Source of the DNA: Candidatus Komeilibacteria bacterium RIFOXYD1_FULL_37_29
Lineage (GTDB): Bacteria > Patescibacteriota > Patescibacteriia > UBA1558 > GWA2-36-10
Assembly (NCBI GenBank): GCA_001818495.1
Contig: MHKS01000005.1
Span: forward strand, 12,288-76,287
Length of the DNA stretch: 64,000 bases
Direction: 5' to 3'
The notes below the pieces were generated by a model. That model did no database searches. It saw nothing but the letters and a program-made list of their open reading frames with translations, and was not told where the DNA came from. Position 1 is the first letter of the stretch; every line of letters begins with the position of its first letter. This document shows positions 8,783 through 17,682 of this stretch, one piece after another. The position numbers and the translations under genes were made by a program.

Positions 8783-9883
8783 ATGAAAATCGTTTGCACG
8801 CAGGAAAATTTAAACAAAGGATTATCTCTGGTTTCTAATATTGCCAATAAGAGTTCTAATCTTCCTATTTTAAACAATGTTTTATTAAAAGCCGACAAAG
8901 AAGGATTAACTCTGATAACCACCGATCTAGAAATAGGTATTAAGGCTCTTGTGCGCAGCAAGATAGAGGAGCAAGGAGAATTTACCGTTGATGCTAAGCT
9001 ATTACACAATTTCGTTTCTTTCTTGCCCAAAGAAAATATCGAACTAAATTTACAAGAAGATAGTTTGGAAATAAAAAGTTCCAATCAAGAGACCTCTATT
9101 AAGGGTTTGGTGGCCGAAGATTTTCCTCTTATTCCAGACATGGAAAAAACCAATATGGTAGAATTGCCGGTGCAGGAATTTAAAAAAGGACTACACCAAG
9201 TTATTTTAGCGGCTTCTTTGGACACCTCTCGGATTGAGATAAATGCTGTAAATTTTGATTTTCAAAATAATAATTTAGTGTTGGCAGCCACCGACAGCTA
9301 TCGCCTGGCTGAAAAGAAATTAAAATTAGCCAATGGTCAAAAAACTAGTTTAATCATTCCTCTTAAAACCCTCCAGGAATTAAGTCGTATTTTAAACGAG
9401 CAAGCTGAAAAGAAATTAAAGATTTATTTTAATGATAATCAAATATTGTTTGAGTTTGACGGAGTAGAGTTGACCTCTCGAGTTATTGATGGAAAGTATC
9501 CAGACTATAATCAAATTATTCCCGCCCAATTTAAAACCGAAGCCAAGTGTGAAATTAATAAACTGGTTCCCGCTATAAAATCAGTGGCGTTATTTTGTAA
9601 ACAGGGTATCAACGATATTCGTTTGAGCTTAGACAGCAAGAAACAAAAAATAGTTATTGCCACCGCCTCTTCTCACACCGGCACTTCGGTAGCCAAGGTA
9701 GATGCTAAAATATCCGGTGAGGACAACGATATTGTTTTTAACTATCGCTATCTTTTGGATGGTTTGGCACAACTGGGCAGTAGTGAGGTTAATATAAAAA
9801 TGAACAACAACGCCTCTCCAGGATTATTACAGCCGGTCAATGATGATAAATATATTTATTTGGTCATGCCTATTAGGCAATAA
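8783..9883 (+). CDS. dnaN: DNA polymerase III beta clamp
   Basis: LPILNNVL, TDLE, ATDSYRLA, GKYPDY, YLVMPIR. Confidence 0.97.
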   Translation: MKIVCTQENLNKGLSLVSNIANKSSNLPILNNVLLKADKEGLTLITTDLEIGIKALVRSKIEEQGEFTVDAKLLHNFVSFLPKENIELNLQEDSLEIKSSNQETSIKGLVAEDFPLIPDMEKTNMVELPVQEFKKGLHQVILAASLDTSRIEINAVNFDFQNNNLVLAATDSYRLAEKKLKLANGQKTSLIIPLKTLQELSRILNEQAEKKLKIYFNDNQILFEFDGVELTSRVIDGKYPDYNQIIPAQFKTEAKCEINKLVPAIKSVALFCKQGINDIRLSLDSKKQKIVIATASSHTGTSVAKVDAKISGEDNDIVFNYRYLLDGLAQLGSSEVNIKMNNNASPGLLQPVNDDKYIYLVMPIRQ

Positions 9884-9905
9884 AAAGTCTAAAATAATCG
9901 CAAAG

Positions 9906-9938
9906 AAAAACAACTCGTCTTGGGGGGGGTTGTTTTTT
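9906..9938 (+). terminator. Intrinsic terminator after dnaN
   Basis: AAAAACAACTC...GGGTTGTTTTTT. Confidence 0.65.
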
Positions 9939-10008
9939 AGTATTGACTTTGGCGCGTTGCCGTGTTAAGACTAGCCAAAAGTGTACCATAACAATTTAGG
10001 AGTAGAAT

Positions 10009-10851
10009 ATGCTAGATATACTAATGTTTTTAGTAGATTTGAGCTGGCATATTTTACAATATGTCTGGCAAGGGCTAGTGTGGTTTTTCCACCTGGAAGA
10101 ACGATTACTAATTTGGTTTGATGTTTGGGGTTGGTCAAACGCCTGGCAAATACCAATTATTTCTTTGGTTAATGCGGTGGTAATCGCTCTAGAGATTTTT
10201 GGCTATATTAATTTAGCTAAAATATTTAGAATTTTTAGAATCGTCAAATCTTTTTTTGGTCGTTTACTAGGTAGCCGACTACGCCGATTTTTCAAAAGAG
10301 TTATTCTCTTTATTAGAGAAAAGTTCTTTAGAAAAAAACCAAAAGATCAACCCTCTAAGGTTGCTAGACTACTAACCATTATTTCTCACGACAAGCCGAT
10401 TGGTTGTTTTGGTCTAGCCACCCTGACACTCATCCCCGAATGTCAAAAAGTTGCCTCCTTCATTTTTACTACTCAAAGAAAACGATTGGGACTTGGGGGC
10501 TACTTGTCTTTGTGTGCCGGTGGAACTACCCGTTTGACTTTGGTAGTTTATTTACCAATGGTTGTAGTCTGGTCAGTAATTGTCCTAGCTGTTAGCTGTC
10601 GGCTACTTAAGTGGTTAGTAGAAATTCGCTACGGATTTTTTAGCTGGCAACATCTTTTTGGTCAAGGCGTTTTGTTAATCAACCGTTTGAAGACAATATT
10701 TTTGTTTTCAATGCTAGCGATTTTTTTGCCCACTAGTTTTTTGTACCCAGTCGCTGGGTTATTGGTGTTTTGTCAGATCACCAAACTATTCATTGGTCGT
10801 CATTTTAGACAAAGACCACCAACAGTCACCTCCTCGGAGGAACAAGTTTAA
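10009..10851 (+). CDS. Hypothetical multi-pass membrane protein
   Basis: 280 aa ORF, AGGAG at 9998-10002, several hydrophobic segments with basic loops, own terminator. Confidence 0.65.
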   Translation: MLDILMFLVDLSWHILQYVWQGLVWFFHLEERLLIWFDVWGWSNAWQIPIISLVNAVVIALEIFGYINLAKIFRIFRIVKSFFGRLLGSRLRRFFKRVILFIREKFFRKKPKDQPSKVARLLTIISHDKPIGCFGLATLTLIPECQKVASFIFTTQRKRLGLGGYLSLCAGGTTRLTLVVYLPMVVVWSVIVLAVSCRLLKWLVEIRYGFFSWQHLFGQGVLLINRLKTIFLFSMLAIFLPTSFLYPVAGLLVFCQITKLFIGRHFRQRPPTVTSSEEQV

Positions 10852-10885
10852 CTGCGCTTTTTATCTTAGATAGGGGCGCAGTTTT
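10850..10885 (+). terminator. Intrinsic terminator
   Basis: AACTGCGCTTTTTATC-tta-GATAGGGGCGCAGTTTT. Confidence 0.7.
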
Positions 10886-10934
10886 CATTTTGATAACCCG
10901 CTTTACGTCACGTTTACTTGGTGGATAATGGGCT

Positions 10935-10963
10935 TTGCAATATTTTTTATTCTTTGTTATAAT
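10935..10963 (+). promoter_or_regulatory. Sigma70 promoter with extended -10
   Basis: TTGCAA-17nt-TATAAT with TG at -15/-14. Confidence 0.75.
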
Positions 10964-10969
10964 AGAAAT

Positions 10970-11064
10970 ACCTTTATTTAACTCTTGTCGAAGAGTTTTT
11001 GGAGGTAAAAACCTGTCTCATAGGACAGACCGGAAAACACTCTTGCGCGATTGGGGTGTTTTTT
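10970..11064 (+). ncRNA. Candidate ~95-nt structured small RNA
   Basis: Lies between a strong promoter and a terminator (AAAACACTC...GGGGTGTTTTTT); three hairpins; no ATG. Confidence 0.5.
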
Positions 11065-11073
11065 GGTTATTTA

Positions 11074-11098
11074 AAAAATCCCGCTCGGCGGGATTTTT
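11074..11098 (-). terminator. Intrinsic terminator of the U32-ferredoxin operon
   Basis: AAAAATCCCGC-tcg-GCGGGATTTTT. Confidence 0.8.
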
Positions 11099-11330
11099 AG
11101 TGGCTGATTCTAATAGTTGTTGTTGGACAGCTGGTGGCTATTTTTTGAAATTCCTCCAATTGGCTATCATTTATTTCTAGGACCCAGGCATTTCCTTCTT
11201 TCTTAGAGTTTTTCATTTGTACCAATCCATCGTCGCTATTGATGTCAAATATTTTTGGTAAGATATCAATACAGGTGCCACAGCCAATGCATTTACTTCG
11301 ATCTATATATATTTTATATTTTTTAGTCAT
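11097..11330 (-). CDS. Monocluster ferredoxin
   Basis: CIGCGTC...SCP. Confidence 0.88.
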   Translation of the reverse strand: MTKKYKIYIDRSKCIGCGTCIDILPKIFDINSDDGLVQMKNSKKEGNAWVLEINDSQLEEFQKIATSCPTTTIRISH

Positions 11331-12600
11331 AAATTTTTCTTGGTTTTATAATATAGAGGCCATCATTTTTTTTAACAGGTTTATCTACTGATATGGTAAT
11401 AGTTTGTCCAACCGGTGCTTCTGTGGTTTTTGATCCAGCGGCTAGGCGTAGAGATCTAACTTGTCCAAACAGCACGCCGGTGCTCGGCCCAGTAATAGAA
11501 TATTTGTCGTTTATTTTTATAGCTTGAGCATTGAGGAGTATCTCAGCCACTTTAATTTTGGGGAAATAATGTTGGACTGTGCCAGCAAAATATTTTTCTT
11601 CTGTGGCCTGACTATTTCCAGAAGCTGACCACTCATGGAGAGGCTTACCCAGATAATAGCCGTCGCTTAACCCGCGATTAAAAACTGTGCCCAACTTTTT
11701 TTCCCAGGCCAGAACCTTTTTTAAAGTATAAGTGTCAGAGTTAATGCTGTCTATAGCCTCTCGATAAGCTCTTACTACAGTAGCCACATATTCTGGCGAA
11801 CGACCTCGCCCTTCTATTTTAAGACTGCTGACTCCAGCGGCTAAAAAATCTTTTAAAAATCCAATAGCGCAGATGTCTTTGGGGCTCATGACAAATTCAT
11901 TATCCAAAACCATTTCTTTGTTGGTTTCTAGGTCGGTTACTCTGTAGCGGCGACGGCACATTTGACGACAAGCGCCACGATTGGCTGAAGAGTTCTCATT
12001 GTATAAACTCATCGAACAGCGGCCAGAAATACCAATGCACAGGGCGCCGTGGACAAAGGCTTCAATGGGAATTAAGTGGCCTGCGGGGTTAGTAATTTTT
12101 TGTTTGGTTATTTGCTTGGTAATTTCAGCAATCATTTTTAAGTTTAGCTCACGGGCCAAAACGATTTGATCAGCATATTGGCTAAAAAATTTTACGGCTT
12201 CAACATTGGAGACGGACAATTGGGTGGAAATATGAAGTGGCAGGCCAATCCGATGAGCATATTGGATAGCGGCCATATCAGAAACTATCACGGCGCTTAT
12301 TTTATTGACTTTGGCAGCATCAATTAAAGTACGCATCATTTTAAGATCAGTATCATAGAGCACTGTATTGACTGTCAAATAAGATTTTATTTTATGCTCT
12401 TGGCAAAGCTGGGCAATTTTTTTAAGATCAGCCAAATTAAAATTGGCTGCCGAAACAGAGCGCATGTTAATGTGGCCAACACCAAAGTACACTGCGTCAG
12501 CACCATTGTCTATCGCGGCCATTAGTGACTCATATGATCCGGCTGGAGCCAAGAGCTCCACTTGGTATTTTTTCTTTGGCATAATAGATATTTTTAGCAT
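11323..12600 (-). CDS. Peptidase U32 family Fe-S protein (TrhP/RlhA-like RNA hydroxylase)
   Basis: ELLAPAG, HISTQ, CX6CX15CX3C, KIEGR; alternative start at 12582. Confidence 0.9.
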   Translation of the reverse strand: MLKISIMPKKKYQVELLAPAGSYESLMAAIDNGADAVYFGVGHINMRSVSAANFNLADLKKIAQLCQEHKIKSYLTVNTVLYDTDLKMMRTLIDAAKVNKISAVIVSDMAAIQYAHRIGLPLHISTQLSVSNVEAVKFFSQYADQIVLARELNLKMIAEITKQITKQKITNPAGHLIPIEAFVHGALCIGISGRCSMSLYNENSSANRGACRQMCRRRYRVTDLETNKEMVLDNEFVMSPKDICAIGFLKDFLAAGVSSLKIEGRGRSPEYVATVVRAYREAIDSINSDTYTLKKVLAWEKKLGTVFNRGLSDGYYLGKPLHEWSASGNSQATEEKYFAGTVQHYFPKIKVAEILLNAQAIKINDKYSITGPSTGVLFGQVRSLRLAAGSKTTEAPVGQTITISVDKPVKKNDGLYIIKPRKIYD

Positions 12601-12621
12601 ATATATTTTAACCCGTCCAGT

Positions 12622-12661
12622 AAAAAAAGAAAGCCCGCGCCCACACTAGGTGAACGCGGGT
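12622..12661 (-). terminator. Intrinsic terminator of the 12683-13519 gene
   Basis: Minus strand CCCGCGTTCAC-ctagt-GTGGGCGCGGG followed by a T tract. Confidence 0.7.
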
Positions 12662-12682
12662 CGGGCCAAGGGCGTGATTGCC

Positions 12683-13519
12683 CTAGGATTGGTGAGTCGG
12701 GAGGAGCCAGTGTTTTCCCCGGCAAGCACCTTTCCATAGCCCTGCTATAACCAGGCATAGCAAAGTGATTAGTAACCCAGTGGCCACAAGAATGTTTATG
12801 GCCAAGGAAAGGGTCCATTGGCCGACTTGTCTAAGCAGTGGCCAGAAATATAAACGGCCGGTTGCCAGCAGGTGTTTGAGGCCCCTAGCAATTAGTAGTA
12901 GTAGCAACACGACCAAAGTCATCACGATGATGGAGACCGGATAAATTAGTGGAGTAAACAAGAAAATTAGTAGTGCCTGTTTAACCGAAAGGCTGGTAGT
13001 CAAGTTGGCTAGACCAGATAAAACAATAAGGGTGTAGAAAAACACCATCGTTGAACCAAAACCATAAGAAAAGGTATTTGGCACTTCATCATCATAAGTA
13101 CTAATCAGATAGTGACGTTTGGTGGCATCGAAATCAGAGGAAAAATAGGCCGATATGAAAACAGAAATTACGATGCTACTAATCACAAAAGTGTGTAAAT
13201 CGTAGCTAGACGAAAAGGCCGTGATAAACAGCGCTTGTAGAACAGCGCGTAGATAGCTGTGCCAGCGAGTTTTGTCCCAAAATGGTTGGAGGGCCAACGC
13301 GTTAGTTTTGACCCAGACGAAGATAAGCACCAATAAGCTGTTGGCTATGGGCCAAACTAACCAAGCTGGCGTGATCGGTGGGACAAGCCAAGGGGCCTGT
13401 TGGGGCAGAACTAAATTCCAAGGATGGAAAATAGCTACCAAGATTGAGAAAAGAAGAGAGACGAAAAAAGTCGTCGCACACCAGCGCCACATGATCATAT
13501 CCCTGATCGTGTAATTCAT
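12683..13519 (-). CDS. Hypothetical multi-pass membrane protein
   Basis: 278 aa hydrophobic ORF, AAGGAG SD, own promoter and terminator. Confidence 0.65.
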   Translation of the reverse strand: MNYTIRDMIMWRWCATTFFVSLLFSILVAIFHPWNLVLPQQAPWLVPPITPAWLVWPIANSLLVLIFVWVKTNALALQPFWDKTRWHSYLRAVLQALFITAFSSSYDLHTFVISSIVISVFISAYFSSDFDATKRHYLISTYDDEVPNTFSYGFGSTMVFFYTLIVLSGLANLTTSLSVKQALLIFLFTPLIYPVSIIVMTLVVLLLLLIARGLKHLLATGRLYFWPLLRQVGQWTLSLAINILVATGLLITLLCLVIAGLWKGACRGKHWLLPTHQS

Positions 13520-13600
13520 TTTACTGCTCCTTGCGGTTTATATGTTATGTAATGAAACATCCTTGTTCAGAGTAATCTGACTATTTAAGGTTTACGACCC

Positions 13601-13658
13601 AATATACTATGATTAGCCAAATTTGTCAATTGAAAAAGCCGGGGTATTTTGATAGAAT
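13601..13658. promoter_or_regulatory. Back-to-back divergent sigma70 promoters
   Basis: Minus TTGACA(13629-13624)-17-TATATT; plus TTGAAA(13630-13635)-17-TAGAAT. Confidence 0.7.
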
Positions 13659-13667
13659 TAAGACATT

Positions 13668-14240
13668 ATGATTGCTTATCTAAAGGGGACAGTTATTAAA
13701 AAGCTTGATAAATCCATAATTCTTATAATTGGGGGTATTGGTTATGAGGTTTTTTTAAGTCGGCAAAATTTGGATAATATCAAAATAGATGAGGAAAGAG
13801 ATTTTTTTGTGCATTCTTATATCAAAGAAGATTTGTTTGATTTATATGGCTTTCCTTCTTGGGAGGAATTGAATTTTTTTAAAAAACTAATTGCTGTATC
13901 AGGTGTTGGTCCCAAGAGTGCTCTAAACGTTTTGGCGCTAGCCACAGTAGATGAATTAAAGCGAGCCATTACTAGCGGGGATTCTTCGCTTTTGCAACAG
14001 GTTTCGGGCATTGGTAAAAAAACCGCCGAGCGTTTGGTAGTAGAATTAAAAGAAAAATTTATCAGGGATTTATCAGAGGCCGGTTTAAAAATAGATGGAA
14101 ATAATCAAGTGATTGAAGCGTTGGTTTCTTTGGGTTATAAACAAATAGAAGCTCAAGAAACTATTAAGCATTTGCCAGTCGAAGAGAACGATTTGGCCAC
14201 CAAGATTAAACAAGCGCTCCAGTTAATTAATAAAAAATGA
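13668..14240 (+). CDS. ruvA: Holliday junction branch migration protein RuvA
   Basis: MIAYLKG, LYGF, VSGVGPKSAL, VSGIGKKTAERLVVELK, ALVSLGY. Confidence 0.97.
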   Translation: MIAYLKGTVIKKLDKSIILIIGGIGYEVFLSRQNLDNIKIDEERDFFVHSYIKEDLFDLYGFPSWEELNFFKKLIAVSGVGPKSALNVLALATVDELKRAITSGDSSLLQQVSGIGKKTAERLVVELKEKFIRDLSEAGLKIDGNNQVIEALVSLGYKQIEAQETIKHLPVEENDLATKIKQALQLINKK

Positions 14241-15250
14241 AATTAGTTTTAGATTATAAGCAGTATGATGATTTTTTAAAAGCCAGATTTGTTTCTGGCA
14301 ATTTTTTGCAGTCTAGTCTTTGGGAGGATTTTTTAAGTCGGCAAGGTTTAAAATTTTGGCGGGCGACGGTTTTAGAACAAGAAAAAAATATTGCCACCGG
14401 TCTTTTTTATGAAAAGAAATTACCTTTTAGTCGGGCCTATCTTTATGCTCCCAAGGGGCCGATTGTTGACTTGGGTATTTCTCAGACCGAGCAAAGGGAA
14501 GCACTAGAATTAATATTATCCAAAGCCAGAGATATTAGTATAGACACTAAAAAGCAAGAAGAGATATTTTTTAAGTTGGAATTAGAAAGCAGTAGCGGGC
14601 TTTTGAAAAATATAAAAAAATCAAAAGATATTCAGCCTCGCGACACCTGGGTTTTGGATTTGGATAAAGAGCAAAAAGATTTACTGGCCGTCATGCATCC
14701 AAAGACTAGATATAATATTGCCCTGGCTAATAAAAAAGGTGTCAAGGTCAGATTTTCTAAAAAAGAGGCAGACCTAAAATATTTTTTTCGTTTAAATAAA
14801 AAAACAGCTAGCCGCAATCAAATAACCACCCATCCGGATGATTATTATCAAAAATTATTTCAAGTACTAGTGGATAAAGATGCGGGAGAATTGGCTCTAG
14901 CGGAAATTGACGGGCAAATAGTCGCGGCCAATATATTGATTTATTTTGGCCAGTCGGCCACTTATTTACACGGCGCTTCTGATTATGCTTTTAGACAATA
15001 TATGGCCCCACAACTTTTGCAGTGGGAAAGTATCAAGCGGGCCCATAGTTTGGGAAAAAAGATTTATGATTTTTGGGGCATTGCACCCCAAGATGGTAGC
15101 AAGCCCAACTGGGAAGGCTTTAGTCGTTTTAAAAAATCTTTTGGCGGACGAGCCATTTATTCTCCGGGAGCCCATGATTTGATTTATGATTCTTTTTGGT
15201 ATACTCTCTATAATCTAAACACCAAAGTAAAATCTTTATTAAAAAAATAA
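14237..15250 (+). CDS. FemABX-family peptidoglycan bridge aminoacyltransferase
   Basis: FLQSSLW, YAPKGP, KTRYNI, YDFWGI, GFSRFKKSFGG. Confidence 0.9.
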   Translation: MKLVLDYKQYDDFLKARFVSGNFLQSSLWEDFLSRQGLKFWRATVLEQEKNIATGLFYEKKLPFSRAYLYAPKGPIVDLGISQTEQREALELILSKARDISIDTKKQEEIFFKLELESSSGLLKNIKKSKDIQPRDTWVLDLDKEQKDLLAVMHPKTRYNIALANKKGVKVRFSKKEADLKYFFRLNKKTASRNQITTHPDDYYQKLFQVLVDKDAGELALAEIDGQIVAANILIYFGQSATYLHGASDYAFRQYMAPQLLQWESIKRAHSLGKKIYDFWGIAPQDGSKPNWEGFSRFKKSFGGRAIYSPGAHDLIYDSFWYTLYNLNTKVKSLLKK

Positions 15251-15257
15251 TATAGCC

Positions 15258-15986
15258 ATGATCAAAAAAGTCCTTATTTCAGCTGCTGGACGCGGCAGTC
15301 GGATGCTAGATTTATCCAAAGATAAGCCCAAGCATTTAATCGAAGCCAACGGTCGGCCGTTTTTGTATTATGTACTTAGTAATTTACAGGCTGCTGGTTT
15401 TGAAGAAATGATTATGGTAGTGGGTTACAAAAAAGAATTCATGGAGAATTTTTTGAAAACATATAAAAATGATTTTAAAATTACCTTAGTTAATCAGTTT
15501 GATATCTTAGGGGAAGATCGTTATGGTACGGCTTGCCCCCTAGAGTGTGCCAAAGATTTGTTAAAGGGAGAAAGTTTTTTGGCAATCTATGGTGACAATT
15601 TGTATGCCGTGGGTGATTTGAAAAGATTTAATATTGAAGACGACTATTCATATATAGCCGGCCTGCCCCATAATCATCCAGAAAATTATGGCGTTTTAGC
15701 AGTTGATAAAAATGGTTTTCTGGAAAGAGTGGTTGAAAAGCCAACTCATCCGATTGGTAACCTTATTAATACTGGTCTTTATAAATTTACGCCAGAAGTT
15801 TTTAAATATTTAGACAAGATTGATATTTCTCCACGTGGTGAATATGAGCTGACCGATGTGATAAATCTTTTGGCGTCTCAAGGAAAGGTCAAGGCCCTAG
15901 ATCTTCAAGATATTTGGTTGGATTTTGGTCGGCCGGAAGACATCAAAAAAGTAGAAGATTATTTAAACAGTCAGCCAAGTAAATAA
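15258..15986 (+). CDS. Sugar-phosphate nucleotidyltransferase (NTP_transferase domain only)
   Basis: AAGRGSRM...KPKHL, YGDN, VEKP, SPRGEYELTD, WLDFG. Confidence 0.85.
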   Translation: MIKKVLISAAGRGSRMLDLSKDKPKHLIEANGRPFLYYVLSNLQAAGFEEMIMVVGYKKEFMENFLKTYKNDFKITLVNQFDILGEDRYGTACPLECAKDLLKGESFLAIYGDNLYAVGDLKRFNIEDDYSYIAGLPHNHPENYGVLAVDKNGFLERVVEKPTHPIGNLINTGLYKFTPEVFKYLDKIDISPRGEYELTDVINLLASQGKVKALDLQDIWLDFGRPEDIKKVEDYLNSQPSK

Positions 15987-15987
15987 A

Positions 15988-17295
15988 ATGGTTAAGCGGA
16001 TTTTGAAAAAATTTTTGGGAAGAAAGCTGTTGTTATTTTATCATTTGATTTTGGCCAAGCTGGCAGTTTTTTATTATCAAAAGCCCTCAGAGAAATTGTT
16101 AGTGATAGGAGTAACCGGTACCAATGGGAAAACGGCTACCGTAAATTTTGTGTCACAGTTTTTGGACAGCTTGGGACAAAAAAATGGCTTGGCTTCCACG
16201 GTCAATTTTAAAGTAGACGACAGACAGTGGCTCAACAAAAAGAAAATGACTATGTTGGGGCGTTTTCAAACGCAAAAACTTTTGGCTGATATGGTCAAAT
16301 CTGGTTGTCGGTACGCAGTGATTGAAACATCGTCTCAGGGAGTAGAACAATTTAGACACATTGGTATCAATTATGATTTACTGATTTTTACCAATCTTAC
16401 ACCCGAGCATATTGAAGCACACGGCAGTTTTGAAAATTATCGGATGTATAAAGAAAAATTATTTGAGCATTTGGTCCAGAGCCATATAAAAACTATCAGT
16501 GGCCAGAAGATAAAAAAAATAATTGTCTCCAACGCTGATGACATAGAAACAGAGCGCTTAAGAAAAATACCAGTCGATAAGTTTGTTACTTATTCCATTG
16601 ATCAGTCAGCTGATTTTCAGGCTACGGAGCTACAACTAGACAATGGAGTGACTTTTTCTGTTCATAATCAAAAAATAAAAACTAGCCTGATCGGTCGCTT
16701 TAATGTTTACAATGTTTTATCAGCCTTGGTTGCTGTAGTAACCTTGGGCTTTGATTTAAAAGTTTTATCTCAAACTAAACTTAGAGGTGTGCCCGGTCGT
16801 CAAGAATGGATTGATCAGGGTCAAGATTTTAAGGTGTTAATAGATTATGCTCCGGAGCCAGTGGGTTTAGAGCAACTTTATAAAACTTTGGAAAGGATAG
16901 AAAAGAATCGATTAATTCATGTTTTGGGTTCTTGTGGTGGTGGCCGAGACAAGGCTCGCCAGCCCATCATGGGGCAAATGGCCGGACAAAGGGCCGATAT
17001 AGTAATAGTCACCAATGAAGACCCCTACGATGATGATCCATTGGCTATTATTGATAATGTGGCCTCAGGAGCTATTAAAGCCGGCAAAACATTGGGTAAA
17101 AACCTTTTTAAGGTAAATGATCGATCAGGGGCTATTGGTCGAGCTATAGCTTTGGCTACTAAAAATGATTTGATTTTGATCACCGGTAAAGGAGCAGAAC
17201 AGTTTATTTGTGGACCCAATGGTCAAATGATGCCCCACGATGATAGGCTGGTTGTTCAGAAAGTTCTCAAAAACCTAATAAAATCTAGAAAATAG
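15988..17295 (+). CDS. murE: UDP-MurNAc-tripeptide synthetase MurE
   Basis: GVTGTNGKT, ETSSQG, FTNLTPEH, GSCGGGRD, TNEDPY, ITGKGAE. Confidence 0.9.
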   Translation: MVKRILKKFLGRKLLLFYHLILAKLAVFYYQKPSEKLLVIGVTGTNGKTATVNFVSQFLDSLGQKNGLASTVNFKVDDRQWLNKKKMTMLGRFQTQKLLADMVKSGCRYAVIETSSQGVEQFRHIGINYDLLIFTNLTPEHIEAHGSFENYRMYKEKLFEHLVQSHIKTISGQKIKKIIVSNADDIETERLRKIPVDKFVTYSIDQSADFQATELQLDNGVTFSVHNQKIKTSLIGRFNVYNVLSALVAVVTLGFDLKVLSQTKLRGVPGRQEWIDQGQDFKVLIDYAPEPVGLEQLYKTLERIEKNRLIHVLGSCGGGRDKARQPIMGQMAGQRADIVIVTNEDPYDDDPLAIIDNVASGAIKAGKTLGKNLFKVNDRSGAIGRAIALATKNDLILITGKGAEQFICGPNGQMMPHDDRLVVQKVLKNLIKSRK

Positions 17296-17324
17296 GCGAT
17301 TTTTGGGTTTAAAAATGTGGCTTC

Positions 17325-17364
17325 TGTGGATAAACTGTAGGTAAATGGCTCTAGGTGTGCATAG
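17325..17364. promoter_or_regulatory. DnaA-box cluster upstream of rpoB
   Basis: TGTGGATAA 17325-17333 (perfect), TGTAGGTAA 17336-17344, TGTGCATAG 17356-17364. Confidence 0.5.
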
Positions 17365-17494
17365 AAAACCTTTATTTTTAAGGGAAAATAAACAATTTGA
17401 CAAAAAATTCCATTTGTATATAGAGACAATTTAGCTAAAATTAGCTATTTTTTGTTTTAAAAGCAACAGATTTATCAATTTTTGGTCAATACCC

Positions 17495-17523
17495 TTGACA
17501 ATGCTGTTCAAATTTGATAATAT
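17495..17523 (+). promoter_or_regulatory. rpoBC sigma70 promoter
   Basis: TTGACA-17nt-TAATAT with TG extension. Confidence 0.75.
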
Positions 17524-17682
17524 TGGGCTATGAAATTTTTGGCCCCAAGCCTATTTTAAATAAAAATAAATATAATAACTGACCCGAAAATAGGGTGAGT
17601 TTATTTTTTGTGCCCACAATCTATCTTTAGATAATAAAGCCCCAAACAGGAGGCTAATTAAATAATATAATTAGCACTATTT

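Noticed and set aside
10935-11180. 81-aa plus ORF (TTG start, or CTG after GGAGGT)
   Set aside because: It starts inside the -35 box, crosses two terminators and overlaps the ferredoxin antisense.
13543-13559. TGTTATGTAATGAAACA as a parS site
   Set aside because: Wrong length and core compared with TGTTNCACGTGAAACA.
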